Positions 46,232 to 47,271 of a stretch of 47,271 nt of DNA are shown in pieces. Within the stretch, counting starts at the first letter, position 1. The number at the start of each line of letters is the position of its first letter. The DNA comes from a virus (Duplodnaviria; Caudoviricetes). Made by a program: the position numbers and the translations under genes. The stretch covers positions 1 through 47,271 of IMG/VR virus record IMGVR_UViG_3300039066_000017. One strand, 5' to 3'. The notes under the pieces were generated by a model that worked only from the letters and a program-made list of their open reading frames with translations, searched no databases and was not told where the DNA came from.

Positions 46232-46375
46232 GTGGATTTTGTAGCAGGGGTTGTTTTGTATAACCCAGACATAAATGAGTTTTGTGTTATCGAGATAGGG
46301 CAGATCACGTTCGGTATGTTCTTGCTGAACAACTATGAGACTGTAGATCCGTGGATTTATCTCGGAACATTATAA
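46232..46375 (+). CDS. Small hypothetical protein (47 aa, GTG start)
   Basis: RBS gagg; ends WIYLGTL. Confidence 0.5.
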   Translation: MDFVAGVVLYNPDINEFCVIEIGQITFGMFLLNNYETVDPWIYLGTL

Positions 46376-46386
46376 AAAGGATTACC

Positions 46387-46512
46387 ATGCAGACTTTTGA
46401 AGAGTTTTTAAAAATAAATAGATTGCTTAGAAAATTTCAGTCTCTTTCATCAGAACAAAAAGAAGCAATTTTTTTAATGATGGAAGGGCTTTTAGCGAGA
46501 AGTTTGAAATGA
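46387..46512 (+). CDS. Small hypothetical protein (41 aa)
   Basis: RBS aagga; ATGA overlap with the next ORF. Confidence 0.5.
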   Translation: MQTFEEFLKINRLLRKFQSLSSEQKEAIFLMMEGLLARSLK

Positions 46513-46628
46513 GTTGGTTGTCGCAAGAACTTAAGGAAGTTTTTTACATTGGCATTACACCTTTTTTGATTGTTGGGTTTTTCTCCGGTCTTTTTCATGT
46601 TTTGAACTCCGGAGATTACGATGACTGA
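46509..46628 (+). CDS. Small single-TM protein (39 aa)
   Basis: MSWLSQELKEVFYIGITPFLIVGFFSGLF...; overlapping chain. Confidence 0.45.
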   Translation: MSWLSQELKEVFYIGITPFLIVGFFSGLFHVLNSGDYDD

Positions 46629-46785
46629 GGAAGATGAAAACAGACTTATTTCGGAATGGGGATGGGGAAAGCCCAATATGAGAATATTCGGATATGGATT
46701 TGACCCCAATCGAAGATGTTTTGAATTGATATACGACAGTCTTGTCACAAACGGCAGTAGGCTTGTAATTAGATTTTGGTATTAA
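46621..46785 (+). CDS. Small hypothetical protein (54 aa)
   Basis: RBS ggag; overlapping chain. Confidence 0.5.
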   Translation: MTEEDENRLISEWGWGKPNMRIFGYGFDPNRRCFELIYDSLVTNGSRLVIRFWY

Positions 46786-46835
46786 GCACAAGAATAAAAG
46801 TTATGAATCACCCTGCGCATCTTGAGTATCACCTT

Positions 46836-46923
46836 ATTCTGTTTGGTGAGTAACATCTCTGCTCTGCAAAGGGACAGTCGGGAAAGGGACACAGATACCA
46901 TGCCGAATACCTCACCATAGAAT
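46836..46923 (+). ncRNA. Candidate structured RNA element
   Basis: Nested pairings attctg/tagaat, tggtgag/ctcacca, atct/agat and an internal hairpin with a GCAA tetraloop. Confidence 0.4.
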
Positions 46924-46935
46924 GACTGTTTAAAA

Positions 46936-47199
46936 ATGGGTAGGTCGGTCTTTATGAGCGGAAAGCTAAATTATCGGGAGGGATATATGATTTACAGACT
47001 CCATGAATTGATTAAAGAAAAGGAAGACCAGAAAAAGTCTTTTGCAGTTTCTATTACTCTATGGCCGATTGATGAAGTTGACTTGTGGATTCGTGACCAA
47101 TCAGACCCACATGATGCTCCTGTAAATATCTTTCACGCCAATGGAGAAAGCGTAGACGAGGTTTTGTTAAAGGCGATTACTTTTATAGAGGCACGATAA
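46936..47199 (+). CDS. Hypothetical protein
   Basis: Open frame; its 3' end is duplicated at positions 1-35. Confidence 0.6.
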   Translation: MGRSVFMSGKLNYREGYMIYRLHELIKEKEDQKKSFAVSITLWPIDEVDLWIRDQSDPHDAPVNIFHANGESVDEVLLKAITFIEAR

Positions 47200-47271
47200 G
47201 AACATTATATTTTTACACAATTTCACTATGAGAAATTACGTAGAAATACACAAAACCAAAAGCATTGGTGA
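47165..47271 (+). repeat. Terminal direct repeat, copy 2
   Basis: Identical to 1-107; contains the stop codon of ORF 46936..47199. Confidence 0.97.

Larger units (their letters stand above)
1..47271. mobile_element. Complete circularised temperate podovirus-like phage genome
   Basis: Terminase-portal-scaffold-capsid-nozzle-fibre-ejection gene order, integrase, primase/helicase, dense small ORFs, no host housekeeping genes, identical 107-bp ends. Confidence 0.95.

Noticed and set aside
555-46791. Other nested or antisense ORFs in the track (e.g. 555, 1815, 1889, 4126, 5187, 6277, 12216, 12474, 12714, 13406, 14455, 15987, 16233, 20068, 20559, 26692, 26996, 35512, 46437, 46555)
   Set aside because: They overlap better-supported genes and lack RBSs or recognisable motifs
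47165-47271. 107-bp terminal repeat as a biological direct terminal repeat
   Set aside because: It begins inside ORF 46936..47199 in mid-operon; best explained as assembler overlap of a circular contig
1-47271. Diversity-generating retroelement, retron, tRNA genes or stop-codon recoding
   Set aside because: No reverse transcriptase motifs, TR/VR pair or complete cloverleaf seen; long genes translate intact in the standard code

Overview
The window is an apparently complete, circularly assembled dsDNA bacteriophage genome of 47,164 bp unique sequence; bases 1-107 are repeated exactly at 47165-47271. The organisation is podovirus-like (P22/T7-style short tail, no tape measure). A minus-strand late block (3814-28891) carries terminase, portal, scaffold, capsid, adaptor/nozzle, tail fibres, four DNA-ejection-type proteins, an integrase next to a tmRNA-3'-end-like att site, an endolysin and an ExoVIII-like nuclease. 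Plus-strand blocks carry a C5 methyltransferase operon (29088-32614), early genes with a second XerC/D-like recombinase (34069-37804), and replication/recombination genes (Sak4-like ATPase, SSB, AEP primase, then resolvase and SF2 helicase across the junction). No DNA or RNA polymerase, sigma factor, CI-type repressor, reverse transcriptase, tRNA or CRISPR array is recognisable. The most striking unexplained signals are: (1) a conserved element TCATCCYWACAANNNT in at least 8 exact and 3 variant copies, mostly upstream of late/lysis genes and at the putative origin, suggesting an undescribed phage promoter regulon; (2) a CFI-box-CTERM domain at the C-terminus of a putative ejection protein; (3) structured intergenic regions (47-bp iterons plus three hairpins, a self-contained antisense sRNA, a pseudoknot, a multibranch RNA); (4) an IHF-site-containing segment bounded by a 14-bp inverted repeat. 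A Bdellovibrionota-type host is inferred only weakly from protein style. All protein calls come from motif recognition by eye, without database searches.
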